NCBI GenBank assembly: GCA_017475765.1
Contig: JAFVEY010000027.1
Span: 9,911 to 73,910 of the forward strand
Length of the DNA stretch: 64,000 nt
DNA from: Clostridia bacterium
Lineage (GTDB): Bacteria; Bacillota; Clostridia; Oscillospirales; Acutalibacteraceae
Reading direction: 5' to 3'
Made by a program: the position numbers and the translations under genes
Notes under the pieces: generated by a model
What the model saw: the letters and a program-made list of their open reading frames with translations, nothing else
What the model was told of the DNA's origin: nothing
The model's database searches: none
In this document: positions 20,301 through 30,411 of the stretch, in pieces
Position numbering within the stretch: the first letter of the stretch is position 1
How the letters are laid out: each line of letters begins with the position of its first letter

Positions 20301-22778
20301 ATGAAAACAGTTTTTGTATCAAGCACATTCAAGGATATGCAGTATGAACGTGATGCCATAAAGCGTATTACCGCACCAATTCTGAATGAAGAAGCACGAA
20401 AGCATAATGACGAGTTTGATTTCTGTGACCTTCGGTGGGGTATCAATACAAGTGACCTCGACACAGAAGAGGGCTCAAAGAAGGTACTTGATGTTTGTCT
20501 TGACGAAATAGACCGCTGCAAACCGCCAATGGTGGTGCTTCTCGGCTATCGCTACGGCTGGATTCCGGATGGGGATCTGATTAAGACAGCAGCCGAAAGG
20601 AAGAAAATGCAGCTGGAAGATCTGGAGCGAAGCGTGACAGCGCTTGAGATCGAATATGGTGCGCTGAGAGATGAGGAACACTTTGCCAATACACTTTTCT
20701 ATTTCAGAGAGATAGAGGGAGAGGTTCCGTCCGACTATCAGTCCGAGGATGACGAACACGCCCGAAAAATCAAGGCACTCAAAGAAAGAATCCTGTCAAA
20801 AACGGGCGGCAGGATCAAAACCTACACCCTCCGCCGGAATGAAAGCGGTTTTGACGGAATTGAAGATTTTGCCGCATTGCTTGCCGAGGATATAAAGGAG
20901 AAGCTGCTGCCGGAGTGGGAAAAAACCGATAAGCTGACACCGTTTGAAAGAGAGCGCAGAACACACGATACCTATATCCGTGAAAAGAACGAGATGTTCT
21001 GTGCAAGAAAGGCAGAAGCCGAAAAGCTGAAAGCCGATATTCTTGCCAATCCGGTGACGATCATCAAAGGCGAAGTCGGCAGCGGAAAGAGTACAATTTT
21101 CAGCCGCCTTGTCACAGAACTTGAAAAGACAGACTGGACGGTTCTGCCGTTTGTATCGGGACTGACCGTGAGCAGCAATGATGCAGGTGATATTATTGAG
21201 AATACGGTTTATTTTATTGAAAATGAACTGAAAACAGAGAAGCATTATATTGACGAAACCGATCCGCAGACGGGTGAAAAATTAAGACACACACCTGACG
21301 AATGGAGAGAAAAGCTCGCAGAGATGTGTTCATTATATACCCGTGACGGCGGAAAAAAACTGCTCATCATGCTTGATGCAGCCGATCAGCTTGCGCAGAG
21401 TGAGCAGAGGGACAATCTGCATTTTATTCCCTTGTCCGTTTCCGGGAATATACACTTTGTCATGACAAGCACCCTTGATTTCAAAACGGGCAGCAGAGAA
21501 TTTTATACCCTTCAGCCGATAGACGAGGCAGGCAAAAGAGAGGTGATCGAAGGAATTTTAAGGCGCAGCGGACGAGAGCTTTCAAAGCCTGTGATCAATC
21601 AGATGATCAGCCTGAGATCATCGGACAATCCGCTGTATCTGTCGCTTTTGGTTCAGCGGCTGGTGATGATGAACTATGACGATTTCGCAGCAATCAGAAG
21701 CATGGGCGACGGCATGACGGCGATAGAGCAGCACCAGATGAAACTCATCCATTCCTGCCCCGATGATCTTGACGAGATGAGTGCGGCTCTTCTGAATGAA
21801 GCAGGCAGAAGGATCAATCACGTTCTTGTGTCAAAAGCGGCGCAGTACCTCGCTGTGTCAAGATACGGACTCAGAAAATCCGACCTTTCTGCCCTGCTGG
21901 GGGAAAACTGGACAGATGTTGACTTTTCCCATTTTCTGAGTTATATGAACGACTGTTTCATGCTCAGGGATGACGGCCGTTTTGATTTTACCCACAAAAG
22001 CATAAGGGCAGGATTTTTAAAACAATGTGCAGACATCCATCAGGCCAACAAAGAAATTCAGGAACATCTGAAAGCGCTGGAAGAAAACGACCCTGTCAGG
22101 ATCGGTGAACTGATATATCATACGATCAGGGCAGATGATAAAGCATATTTTGTATATCATATAAAAAAGTATGAATACTTTGACAATACGAAATATATCC
22201 ATCAGGCTGCATTGGATGTCTATGAAAAATGTATGTCTGACGGTGGAAAATGGATCGTTGATCTGCTTGAAGAGACAGAAAAGGATGAATTGAATTCTGA
22301 ATACAGATATATTTCTTCTTTTATTAATTTTGATTTAAAAAAGATATTTACCGGTTCTCAGAAGGAATTGGAGATACAGCTTTATATACAACAACAGAAT
22401 CTGAGGTTTGCAGAAATATTGAATGAAACTGTTGGTGACAATGACACGCAAAGAAGTCTGTCTGTTACGCTCAATATAACAGGTTATGTATACCAATCAT
22501 CGGGCGGCAGAGAAAATCTTGAAAAGGCGTTGGAACTGTATCAAAAATGTCTTGAACTTTTCGAGCAGTTGAAAACCATTAATGCTTATGATGATCTGGC
22601 AGTAAGTCTGTATAAGATTGCGGCAAACGAACTGACACCAAAGGAGGAGAAGAAAAAGCTGATTGAAAGAGCGCTTGAAATTGCCGATATGCTGTATCGG
22701 GAAACCAAAATGGACAGATATCAGATGTTCATTAAAGTATTTACCGATTTGCAGATTCAATCGACCTCCGATTCATAA
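20301..22778 (+). CDS. STAND-type P-loop NTPase with N-terminal DUF4062 (TIR/Rossmann-like) domain and C-terminal TPR-like repeats
   Basis: N-terminus VFVSSTFKDMQYERDA...VVLLGYRYGWIP...LEIEYG matches the DUF4062 pattern. Walker A GEVGSGKST, Walker B LLIMLDAAD, and a helical repeat C-terminus. Confidence 0.65.
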   Translation: MKTVFVSSTFKDMQYERDAIKRITAPILNEEARKHNDEFDFCDLRWGINTSDLDTEEGSKKVLDVCLDEIDRCKPPMVVLLGYRYGWIPDGDLIKTAAERKKMQLEDLERSVTALEIEYGALRDEEHFANTLFYFREIEGEVPSDYQSEDDEHARKIKALKERILSKTGGRIKTYTLRRNESGFDGIEDFAALLAEDIKEKLLPEWEKTDKLTPFERERRTHDTYIREKNEMFCARKAEAEKLKADILANPVTIIKGEVGSGKSTIFSRLVTELEKTDWTVLPFVSGLTVSSNDAGDIIENTVYFIENELKTEKHYIDETDPQTGEKLRHTPDEWREKLAEMCSLYTRDGGKKLLIMLDAADQLAQSEQRDNLHFIPLSVSGNIHFVMTSTLDFKTGSREFYTLQPIDEAGKREVIEGILRRSGRELSKPVINQMISLRSSDNPLYLSLLVQRLVMMNYDDFAAIRSMGDGMTAIEQHQMKLIHSCPDDLDEMSAALLNEAGRRINHVLVSKAAQYLAVSRYGLRKSDLSALLGENWTDVDFSHFLSYMNDCFMLRDDGRFDFTHKSIRAGFLKQCADIHQANKEIQEHLKALEENDPVRIGELIYHTIRADDKAYFVYHIKKYEYFDNTKYIHQAALDVYEKCMSDGGKWIVDLLEETEKDELNSEYRYISSFINFDLKKIFTGSQKELEIQLYIQQQNLRFAEILNETVGDNDTQRSLSVTLNITGYVYQSSGGRENLEKALELYQKCLELFEQLKTINAYDDLAVSLYKIAANELTPKEEKKKLIERALEIADMLYRETKMDRYQMFIKVFTDLQIQSTSDS

Positions 22779-22794
22779 ATTATTTGTCCGTCTT

Positions 22795-22837
22795 AGCCAT
22801 GCTGCGAAAATCCTGCCGCAGCATGGCTGTTTGTATT
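22795..22837 (+). terminator. intrinsic terminator
   Basis: agccatgctgcg pairs with cgcagcatggct (12 bp), followed by gtttgtatt. Confidence 0.6.
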
Positions 22838-22864
22838 GAAAAGCAGGAAAAATTCGTGTATAAT
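22836..22864 (+). promoter_or_regulatory. promoter for rsmA (TTGAAA-17-TATAAT)
   Basis: -35 at 22836-22841 and -10 at 22859-22864. Confidence 0.45.
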
Positions 22865-22910
22865 AAAGCAGGCAGCAGGTAATGAAATCAAAAGAAATTG
22901 AGGGAAATAT

Positions 22911-23783
22911 ATGAGCAGGCTGACAGAGATATCCTATATCAGAAATGTACTCGGAAAACACGGCTTTACTTTTTCAAAGGCGCTGGGACAGAATTTTCTT
23001 GTCAATCCCAATGTCTGCCCGAAAATGGCAGAGCTTTGCGGCGCTTCCGAAACGGTCGGAGCAATTGAGATTGGACCGGGCGCCGGAGTGCTGACAAACG
23101 AACTTGCACAGGTCGCACATAAGGTTGTCGCCATAGAACTGGACAAAAGACTTCTTCCCGTGCTGGAAGAAACTCTTGCCGGGCATGATAATGTAAAAAT
23201 CATTAACGGCGATGTCATGAAGCTGGATCTCAGACAGCTGATAGCAGAGGAATTCGGCGGCGGCAATGCCGTTATCTGCGCCAACCTGCCGTATTATATC
23301 ACTTCGCCCGTCATCATGCGGATTTTAGAGGAAAAGCTGCCGGTCGATTCGCTCACCGTTATGGTGCAGAAGGAGGCAGCCGACAGAATATGCGCAAAAC
23401 CCGGAACAAGAGAGTCGGGTGCGATCAGCGCAGCAGTACATTATTACAGCGAACCCGAAATGCTTTTCAAGGTGTCAAGGGGCAGCTTTATGCCTGCACC
23501 GAATGTGGATTCTGCTGTCATCAAGCTGAATATATTACAGCAGCCGCCTGTTGCGGTATCGGACGAAAAAGCGTTTTTCAGGGTGGTCAGAGCGTCATTT
23601 TTGCAAAGAAGAAAAACCCTTTCCAATTCACTCAGCTCAGGGCTTTCCATGCCGAAAGCAGCAATCGCCGGAATCCTTTCCGCAGCCGGAATCAAGCCCA
23701 ATGCAAGAGCCGAAGAAATGACGATGGAGCAGTTTGCCGCCATAACAGAGGAATATGTCGGAAAGCTAAGCTCCGGACTTTGA
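22911..23783 (+). CDS. rsmA: 16S rRNA (adenine1518/1519-N6)-dimethyltransferase
   Basis: ALGQNFL, IEIGPGAGVLT and a C-terminal KsgA domain. Confidence 0.85.
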   Translation: MSRLTEISYIRNVLGKHGFTFSKALGQNFLVNPNVCPKMAELCGASETVGAIEIGPGAGVLTNELAQVAHKVVAIELDKRLLPVLEETLAGHDNVKIINGDVMKLDLRQLIAEEFGGGNAVICANLPYYITSPVIMRILEEKLPVDSLTVMVQKEAADRICAKPGTRESGAISAAVHYYSEPEMLFKVSRGSFMPAPNVDSAVIKLNILQQPPVAVSDEKAFFRVVRASFLQRRKTLSNSLSSGLSMPKAAIAGILSAAGIKPNARAEEMTMEQFAAITEEYVGKLSSGL

Positions 23784-23876
23784 GATATGTCCGATTTATT
23801 TGGATTCTTATTGAATTTATCTTTCGATTGGAATATAATTATATAAGAAATATATTACTGAGAGAGGAAATCTGTG

Positions 23877-25271
23877 ATGGATAACAAAACCGAGAAATTT
23901 TTTGATTTTATCAACGGCAAGACAATTGCGCTCTGCGGTATCGGAGGAAGTAATCTGCCGCTGATAAGACTTTTTAAGAAATACGGGGCAAATGTTCTTG
24001 CCTGTGATAAGAGAGAGCGTGAGGCGCTCGGAGAAAATGCCGAAAAAGCCGAACAGTCGGGGGCGCAGCTCAGACTTGGTGAGAATTATCTTACCGACCT
24101 CGGAGCGGATATCATTTTCCGTACCCCCGGAATGAAATATTATATGCCCGAACTGACACAGGCAAGAGAAAACGGCACAGCCGTGACAAGCGAAATGGAG
24201 GTCTTTTTTGACCTTTGTCCGTGTAAGATCATTGCAGTAACGGGCAGCGACGGCAAAACGACAACAACAACAATCATATCTGAGATACTTAAGGCGCAGG
24301 GATATCATGTCCACCTCGGCGGCAATATCTGCAGACCGCTTCTCCCTGATATCGAAAGCATCAAGCCGGATGATATCGCCGTTGTGGAGCTTTCGAGTTT
24401 CCAACTGATTTCTATGAGAAAAAGCCCCGATATCGCAGTCGTCACTAACCTTGCACCGAACCATCTGGACATACACAAGGATATGCAGGAATATATTGAT
24501 TCAAAGAAAAATATTGTGCTTCATCAGAACGCTTTCGGCAAGGCAGTCCTGAATCTTGATAACGATATCTCCTATTCCTTCAGGGACGATGTGAGAGGAA
24601 GCACCTATTTGTTTTCACGCAGAAGTCCGGTCGGAAATGGCGCTTATATGGACGAAAACGGAAAAATCATCATGAGCGAATACGGAAAAGAAACCGAAAT
24701 TATGAATGCGTCCGATATCAAAATACCCGGTCTGCATAATATCGAAAACTATCTTGCTGCTATATCCGCCGTGTGGGGATTGGTTTCCGCAGAAACAATC
24801 AGAACGGTTGCCCGGAACTTCGGCGGAGTGGAGCATCGTGCCGAGCTTGTCCGTGAGCTTGACGGAGTGAAGTATTATAATGACGCTATCGGCACAAGTC
24901 CGACAAGAACGGTAAGGGGTACGCTTTCACTCTATGACAAAAAGATCATACTGATATCGGGCGGCTATGACAAAAAGATTCCTTATGATGAAATGGGAGC
25001 AGTCGTACCCGATAAGGTGAAGGTGCTGATCCTTTTCGGTGCAACAGCGGATAAAATTGAAGCGGCAACAAAGGCTTCGCCGCATTATGCCGAAAATAAT
25101 CCGGTGATTATCAGAGTTGCCGATATGGAGGAAGCGGTCAGGGCGGCAAGAGAAAATGCCGTCAGCGGAGATATCGTTTCCATGTCGCCGGCAAGCGCCA
25201 GCTTTGATATGTATAAAAACTTTGCGGAAAAGGGTCTGCATTTCAAGAGAATTGTCAATGAGATGAAGTGA
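23877..25271 (+). CDS. murD: UDP-N-acetylmuramoylalanine--D-glutamate ligase (Mur ligase family)
   Basis: N-terminal Rossmann motif ALCGIGGSN, Mur ligase P-loop VTGSDGKTTTTT, and a length of 465 aa. Confidence 0.7.
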   Translation: MDNKTEKFFDFINGKTIALCGIGGSNLPLIRLFKKYGANVLACDKREREALGENAEKAEQSGAQLRLGENYLTDLGADIIFRTPGMKYYMPELTQARENGTAVTSEMEVFFDLCPCKIIAVTGSDGKTTTTTIISEILKAQGYHVHLGGNICRPLLPDIESIKPDDIAVVELSSFQLISMRKSPDIAVVTNLAPNHLDIHKDMQEYIDSKKNIVLHQNAFGKAVLNLDNDISYSFRDDVRGSTYLFSRRSPVGNGAYMDENGKIIMSEYGKETEIMNASDIKIPGLHNIENYLAAISAVWGLVSAETIRTVARNFGGVEHRAELVRELDGVKYYNDAIGTSPTRTVRGTLSLYDKKIILISGGYDKKIPYDEMGAVVPDKVKVLILFGATADKIEAATKASPHYAENNPVIIRVADMEEAVRAARENAVSGDIVSMSPASASFDMYKNFAEKGLHFKRIVNEMK

Positions 25272-25401
25272 TGGCTGTTGATGACAGTATATATTATCAG
25301 AGTTATGCGTTTGTATGCAAAAATTCCTATTAAAACATTCGGCTGCCGTGGTCTGTATCAGGTACCGGCAGCTTTTTTTATAAAGTGAAGGAGGAAAAAA
25401 T

Positions 25402-26415
25402 TTGAAAACCATAGATATTTTAAAGGCTCTTTGCATTGAGCACGGTATATCGGGCAGAGAAAGCGGACTGTTTTCCACCGTACAATCACTTCTCGAAGAG
25501 ATTGCCCAAGTCAGACAGATGGAAAACGGCAATATCATCGCTGAAATAGGAAACTGTGAGTCCGATTATCATATCATGCTTGACGCTCATATTGACAGAA
25601 TCGGTCTGGTTGTTACTTATATTGACGATAACGGCTTTATCAAAGCGGAGCCTGTCGGCGGAATTGATCTGCGCACGCTTCCGAGCAGTACGGTCGTTGT
25701 CAATGATGATCTGCTCGGCATTGTATGCACTATGCCGCCGCATATAGATAAGGGTGACGGCGAACTCAGCCGTGATGCTATATGGGTTGATACAGGACTG
25801 CCGGCAGACAGGGTGAAGCAGCTGGTAAGACTCGGCGACAGTATCATCGTAAAAAGTAAATTTGCAGAGCTGCTGAATAATAGGGTGACGGTTTCTGCAC
25901 TGGATAACAGGGCTGGCTGTGCGGCGCTGATAAAATGCGCATATCTGCTGAAGGACAGGGAACTGCCGTGCAAAGTATCGCTGGTATTTTCGGTTCAGGA
26001 GGAAACGAACGAAAGCGGAGCAAAAACAGCGGCTTTCGAGCTTGCGCCCGATGAAGCGGTAATTGTTGATGTCGGATTTGCAAAGCAGGACGGTGTACCG
26101 AACGAAAAAAGCGGAGCGGTCGGCTGCGGCGCTGTCATAAGCATTGCGCCTGTGCTTTCAGGAAAGGTTACAGAAAGACTGATCCGTATTTCGGAAGAAC
26201 TGGGAATGGAATGTGACTATGAAGTGGACGGCGGAGGAACGGGTACGAATGCGGACGGGATCGCTGTGTCAAGGGGCGGCGTTCCGTGCGGAGTGCTTTC
26301 TGTTCCCGAAAAGAATATGCACACACAGACAGAAACCGTTTGCATTGATGATATTGAAGCGGTGGCAAACATTCTTTCTGTCTATGTTGCAGGGGAGGGT
26401 ATAAAAAATGCTTGA
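25402..26415 (+). CDS. M42 family metallopeptidase (glutamyl aminopeptidase/CelM-like)
   Basis: Family-typical N-terminus LKALCIEHGISGRE; TTG start after a ggagg RBS. Confidence 0.7.
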   Translation: MKTIDILKALCIEHGISGRESGLFSTVQSLLEEIAQVRQMENGNIIAEIGNCESDYHIMLDAHIDRIGLVVTYIDDNGFIKAEPVGGIDLRTLPSSTVVVNDDLLGIVCTMPPHIDKGDGELSRDAIWVDTGLPADRVKQLVRLGDSIIVKSKFAELLNNRVTVSALDNRAGCAALIKCAYLLKDRELPCKVSLVFSVQEETNESGAKTAAFELAPDEAVIVDVGFAKQDGVPNEKSGAVGCGAVISIAPVLSGKVTERLIRISEELGMECDYEVDGGGTGTNADGIAVSRGGVPCGVLSVPEKNMHTQTETVCIDDIEAVANILSVYVAGEGIKNA

Positions 26416-27436
26416 TGATAAACTTCTGGAAAGGCTCTGTACAGCCTGCGGCATATCGGGAGATGAAGGAGAGGTAAGGGAGATCATTCTGCAAGAGATA
26501 AAGCCCTTTGCCGATGATATCAAAGTGGACGCTCTCGGAAATGTTATCGTATTCAGAAAGGGCAGAGAAAGAGCCAAAAGAAAGCTGATGATCTCTGCTC
26601 ATATGGACGAGGTGGGATTTATCGTTACGGATATCACTTCGGAGGGATTGCTGAAATTCACTTCTGTCGGAGGAATCAACAACAGCGCCGCATTTGCAAA
26701 GCAGGTTCTGATTGGCAAAAATAAAATACATGGCGTTGTTTGTTCCAAGCCTGTTCATCTTCTGAGTGCCGATGAAAAAAAGAAATGCCCGAAGATAGAA
26801 AGTCTTTCGATTGATATTGGTGCCAAAAGTAAGGAAGAAGCAAAGCAATATGTACGTCTCGGCGACAGTATCATGTTTGATTCCTTTTATGAAAACAAGG
26901 ACGGCAGGATTATTGCCAAAGCGCTGGATGACCGCTTCGGCTGTCTGGTGCTGATTACGATGATAAAATCAGAGCTGCCGTATGATATGTATTTTACCTT
27001 CTGTGTTCAGGAGGAGGTAGGACTGAGGGGTTCAACAGCAGCAGCATTTACCGTCGCACCCGACAGCGCCATTGTGATTGAAGCAACCACAGCGGCGGAT
27101 GTGCCGTTTGCGGAAAACGAAAAAAGAGTTTGTCTTGTCGGCGGAGGAGCGGTTGTTTCGTTCATGGACAGAGCTTCCATATATGATAAAGGCTATTATG
27201 ACCTTGCCATGGAGATCGCAGAGAAAAACGGCATTGCGGCACAAACCAAAACGATGGTTGCCGGCGGAAATGATGCCGGAGCAATACACCGTTCAAGGGG
27301 CGGAGTACGCACAGCGGCGGTTTCTGTTCCGTGCAGATATCTTCATTCTTCAAGCAGCCTGATCAGCGTTTCCGATGCGCAGGCAGTATATTCGCTTGTC
27401 AGCGAGCTTGCAAAGAGGATCGCCGGAGATGATTAA
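26408..27436 (+). CDS. M42 family metallopeptidase (paralog)
   Basis: LERLCTACGISGDEGEVRE; overlaps the upstream paralog by 8 nt. Confidence 0.7.
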   Translation: MLDDKLLERLCTACGISGDEGEVREIILQEIKPFADDIKVDALGNVIVFRKGRERAKRKLMISAHMDEVGFIVTDITSEGLLKFTSVGGINNSAAFAKQVLIGKNKIHGVVCSKPVHLLSADEKKKCPKIESLSIDIGAKSKEEAKQYVRLGDSIMFDSFYENKDGRIIAKALDDRFGCLVLITMIKSELPYDMYFTFCVQEEVGLRGSTAAAFTVAPDSAIVIEATTAADVPFAENEKRVCLVGGGAVVSFMDRASIYDKGYYDLAMEIAEKNGIAAQTKTMVAGGNDAGAIHRSRGGVRTAAVSVPCRYLHSSSSLISVSDAQAVYSLVSELAKRIAGDD

Positions 27437-28181
27437 ATTCGTATCCGGAGAGTATATTGATGATCTGAAAGAGATATGCCGACACGCAAGTGTCTGTGCC
27501 TGTCGGATAATGTGTCTTTATGACAGCTGGTTTTCCTGTCCGGATATGGTGATGTTCTGGGTACAGTATACGGATGGCGGTATGCCTGCTGCCGCCATTT
27601 CAAAATACGGCGCCGATGTTAATGTATATATGACAGAAACATCGGACAAAGAGGAATTGATCGCCTTTCTGAATATGTTGGGTGCAGCTTCTGTAACAAG
27701 CAATGAAAGGCTTTTGGATAATTCGGAAAGAGGTGCTGTAATGGCATATCAAGGCAGCACAAACAGTTTTGGAGCAGAAAACGAAAGGGAAGAGAATATC
27801 CCTTTTTTGCAGATATATTCACTATTGAAAAAATGCGAAGCCGAGGATTTTGCGGTTCCGTCCTATGAAGATTTTATTCTGGATATGTCTCACCGCTTAA
27901 GACATCGGACGGCTCTTTGCAGTATTCTTATGGACGGGGATAGGGTGGCTGCCTGTTCCATGACAGCGGCTATGAGTGAAAATACGGCGGTGATCGGAGC
28001 AGTATGCACCGACCCGGAATACAGACGTATGGGACTTGGCACAAAATGCGTTCAGTCGCTTTTGGCAAAGCTCGGCAGCAGAAATATTTTTATTATGAGA
28101 GCCGAACATAAAAACGAAGTATTTTATCAAGAACTCGGCTTTGAAAATACCGGATTTTTTTACAGGTATCTTTCCGGCTAA
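27429..28181 (+). CDS. GNAT family N-acetyltransferase
   Basis: C-terminal acetyl-CoA-binding motif RRMGLGTKCV and the family fold. ATG 27429 overlaps the upstream stop (ATGATTAA). Confidence 0.55.
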   Translation: MIKFVSGEYIDDLKEICRHASVCACRIMCLYDSWFSCPDMVMFWVQYTDGGMPAAAISKYGADVNVYMTETSDKEELIAFLNMLGAASVTSNERLLDNSERGAVMAYQGSTNSFGAENEREENIPFLQIYSLLKKCEAEDFAVPSYEDFILDMSHRLRHRTALCSILMDGDRVAACSMTAAMSENTAVIGAVCTDPEYRRMGLGTKCVQSLLAKLGSRNIFIMRAEHKNEVFYQELGFENTGFFYRYLSG

Positions 28182-28195
28182 AGGAGTAAGAAAAA

Positions 28196-29452
28196 ATGGA
28201 CAACAGTTTTTTTGAAATATCGCCTGAAATACTTGCTTTGGGTGAAAAGGCGATGGAAATGGTAAAGCCTTATTTTAAGGAAATAGATGAAATTACAGAG
28301 TATAATCAGCTGAAAATGCTGAAGGCTTTTCAGAATGCAAAGGTCAGCGAAAGCTGCTTCACCGCTTCGACAGGCTATGGCTACGGCGACAGGGGAAGAG
28401 AGGTGCTTGACCGTATATTTGCCGAAGTCCTCGATACGGAGGATGCACTTGTGCGCCATCATTTTGCAAGCGGAACACATACCCTGACGGTGGCACTTTT
28501 CGGAGTGCTTCGTCCGGGAGATACGATGGTTTCTGTGACGGGTCTTCCTTATGATACGCTTCAGGGCGTGATCGGAATCGGCGGAGAAAGCTCAGGGTCG
28601 CTTAAAGAATTCGGGATAAACTATGAACAGCTGGATCTTCTTGAGGACGGCAGGGTTGATTTTGAGGGCATGAAGCGTGTGATAAAGCCTGATACGAAAA
28701 TGGTGTATATACAGCGTTCAAGGGGTTATTCTCTCAGACCGACTCTCACGGCAAAGGAAATCGGGGCAATATCGGAGCTGGCTCATCGGCTGGCACCGGA
28801 TTGTATTGTTATGCTCGATAATTGCTACGGTGAATTTGTGGAAAAAACCGCTCCGGGCGGGTTGGTTGATCTGATGGCAGGTTCGCTTATCAAGAATCCG
28901 GGCGGCGGCATTGCTCCGACAGGCGGATATATCGCTGGAAAGAAAGAGCTTGTCGAGGCTTGCTCTTACAGGCTCACCACACCGGGAACTGGCAAGGAGA
29001 TCGGCTGTACCCTCGGACAGAACAGAGAGCTTTTTATGGGCGCATTCAATGCTCCTCATGTGACAGGCGAAGCGGTTAAAACGGCAGTTTTTGCGTCTGC
29101 CCTTTTTGAGCTGATGGGCTATGAGGTGACACCACGTTATTATGAAACAAGGGGTGATATCATCCAGGCGATACTTCTCGGCAATGAAGAAAAGCTGATT
29201 GCTTTCTGTCGGGGCATACAGGCGGCTTCTCCTGTGGATTCCTTTGTCACTCCCGAACCGTGGGATATGCCCGGCTATGACAGCAAGGTTATTATGGCGG
29301 CAGGAGCGTTCACACTCGGAGCGTCGATAGAGCTTTCGGCAGATGCCCCTCTTCGGGAGCCTTATGCCGTATGGATGCAGGGAGGACTCAATTTCCATAC
29401 GGGAAAAACAGCCGTTCTGCTTGCGGCAGGCGGAGTGCCTCCGCTGTCATAA
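28196..29452 (+). CDS. PLP-dependent Cys/Met-metabolism family enzyme (YnbB / methionine gamma-lyase-like)
   Basis: Colinear with YnbB-family proteins (N-terminus and GTHTLTVALFGVLRPGD). Confidence 0.6.
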   Translation: MDNSFFEISPEILALGEKAMEMVKPYFKEIDEITEYNQLKMLKAFQNAKVSESCFTASTGYGYGDRGREVLDRIFAEVLDTEDALVRHHFASGTHTLTVALFGVLRPGDTMVSVTGLPYDTLQGVIGIGGESSGSLKEFGINYEQLDLLEDGRVDFEGMKRVIKPDTKMVYIQRSRGYSLRPTLTAKEIGAISELAHRLAPDCIVMLDNCYGEFVEKTAPGGLVDLMAGSLIKNPGGGIAPTGGYIAGKKELVEACSYRLTTPGTGKEIGCTLGQNRELFMGAFNAPHVTGEAVKTAVFASALFELMGYEVTPRYYETRGDIIQAILLGNEEKLIAFCRGIQAASPVDSFVTPEPWDMPGYDSKVIMAAGAFTLGASIELSADAPLREPYAVWMQGGLNFHTGKTAVLLAAGGVPPLS

Positions 29453-29472
29453 GGCTGCAGGGGTGCTGAATT

Positions 29473-30396
29473 ATGAGCAAAGAGGATCAGAGAGCCGAGT
29501 TGTATGATCGTATGAAGATGAAAAAGGCGGTCAATATTGCCGCACTTGCGGGAATATTTGCCATTATCGTCAGATTGGCGGCAGGACTGGCGGTCAACAG
29601 ATTTTTTCCCGGTTTATCGGGCAGTACAGCATTTCTTTTTTCTGTCACTTGCTGTACCATGCTGCCGCCGGTTGTCGTATACAGACTTGAATTCGGAAAA
29701 ATAAAAACACTTGCCGTTTCCGGAAAGAAAAAAAGAAAAGGACTCGGAGCTTCATGTCTGTCTGTGCTGACAGGTTTCGGATTTTGCAGCGCATGGAATT
29801 TTCTGATCAGTATGGCTTATCGGTTGGCAGGGGATTCGGACAGCGGCACTTCTGCCAATATGCTGTTTACGAATGTTAATGAATTGCTCTTTGCGGTTTT
29901 CGCCGTTGTGATTGCACCGGCAGTATGTGAGGAGATTCTTTTCAGAGGATGTGTTTCAGGCTCTTTGCAGCCTTATGGAAACGGTATTGCTGTGTTGATA
30001 TCGGCATTGATATTCGGAATGCTTCATTCGGGGATCAGGGGTGCGGTCTTTGCCTTTGTGTCGGGAATTGTGCTGGGGCTGGTAAGAGTATATACAGGAC
30101 GGCTTTCGGCAGCGGTGGGTGTTCATTTGCTCAATAATCTTCTTGCGATTCTGACCTCGGCAGCAGGAGTGTTCATATCGGCAAAGGCTCAGAGTCTTGT
30201 GTTTTACCTTTCGGGCGGTGCGGCTTGTGTATTGTCGGCGGTAGGGATGACATTGATCAAAGCAAAGAAAATTTCTGCTAAGTCAGAATCTTTGCTTTCC
30301 GGTATGTCTTTTTCCGGCAAGCTGAAGTTAATTGCAGGGGAATGTCCCATGCTTTGGATATATTTAGTGCTGGCGGCTGCCTTGATGTTTTTTTAA
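29473..30396 (+). CDS. CPBP family intramembrane glutamic endopeptidase (CAAX protease / Abi)
   Basis: Multi-TM protein with EEILFRG and the HxxxN motif region. Confidence 0.65.
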   Translation: MSKEDQRAELYDRMKMKKAVNIAALAGIFAIIVRLAAGLAVNRFFPGLSGSTAFLFSVTCCTMLPPVVVYRLEFGKIKTLAVSGKKKRKGLGASCLSVLTGFGFCSAWNFLISMAYRLAGDSDSGTSANMLFTNVNELLFAVFAVVIAPAVCEEILFRGCVSGSLQPYGNGIAVLISALIFGMLHSGIRGAVFAFVSGIVLGLVRVYTGRLSAAVGVHLLNNLLAILTSAAGVFISAKAQSLVFYLSGGAACVLSAVGMTLIKAKKISAKSESLLSGMSFSGKLKLIAGECPMLWIYLVLAAALMFF

Positions 30397-30411
30397 TGGA
30401 GTGGGGATGTT

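Noticed and set aside
19214-20521. 435-aa minus-strand ORF
   Set aside because: It completely overlaps the clearly recognisable CDF transporter gene and the start of the STAND NTPase gene on the + strand. It has no motifs and no RBS. It is an antisense artefact.
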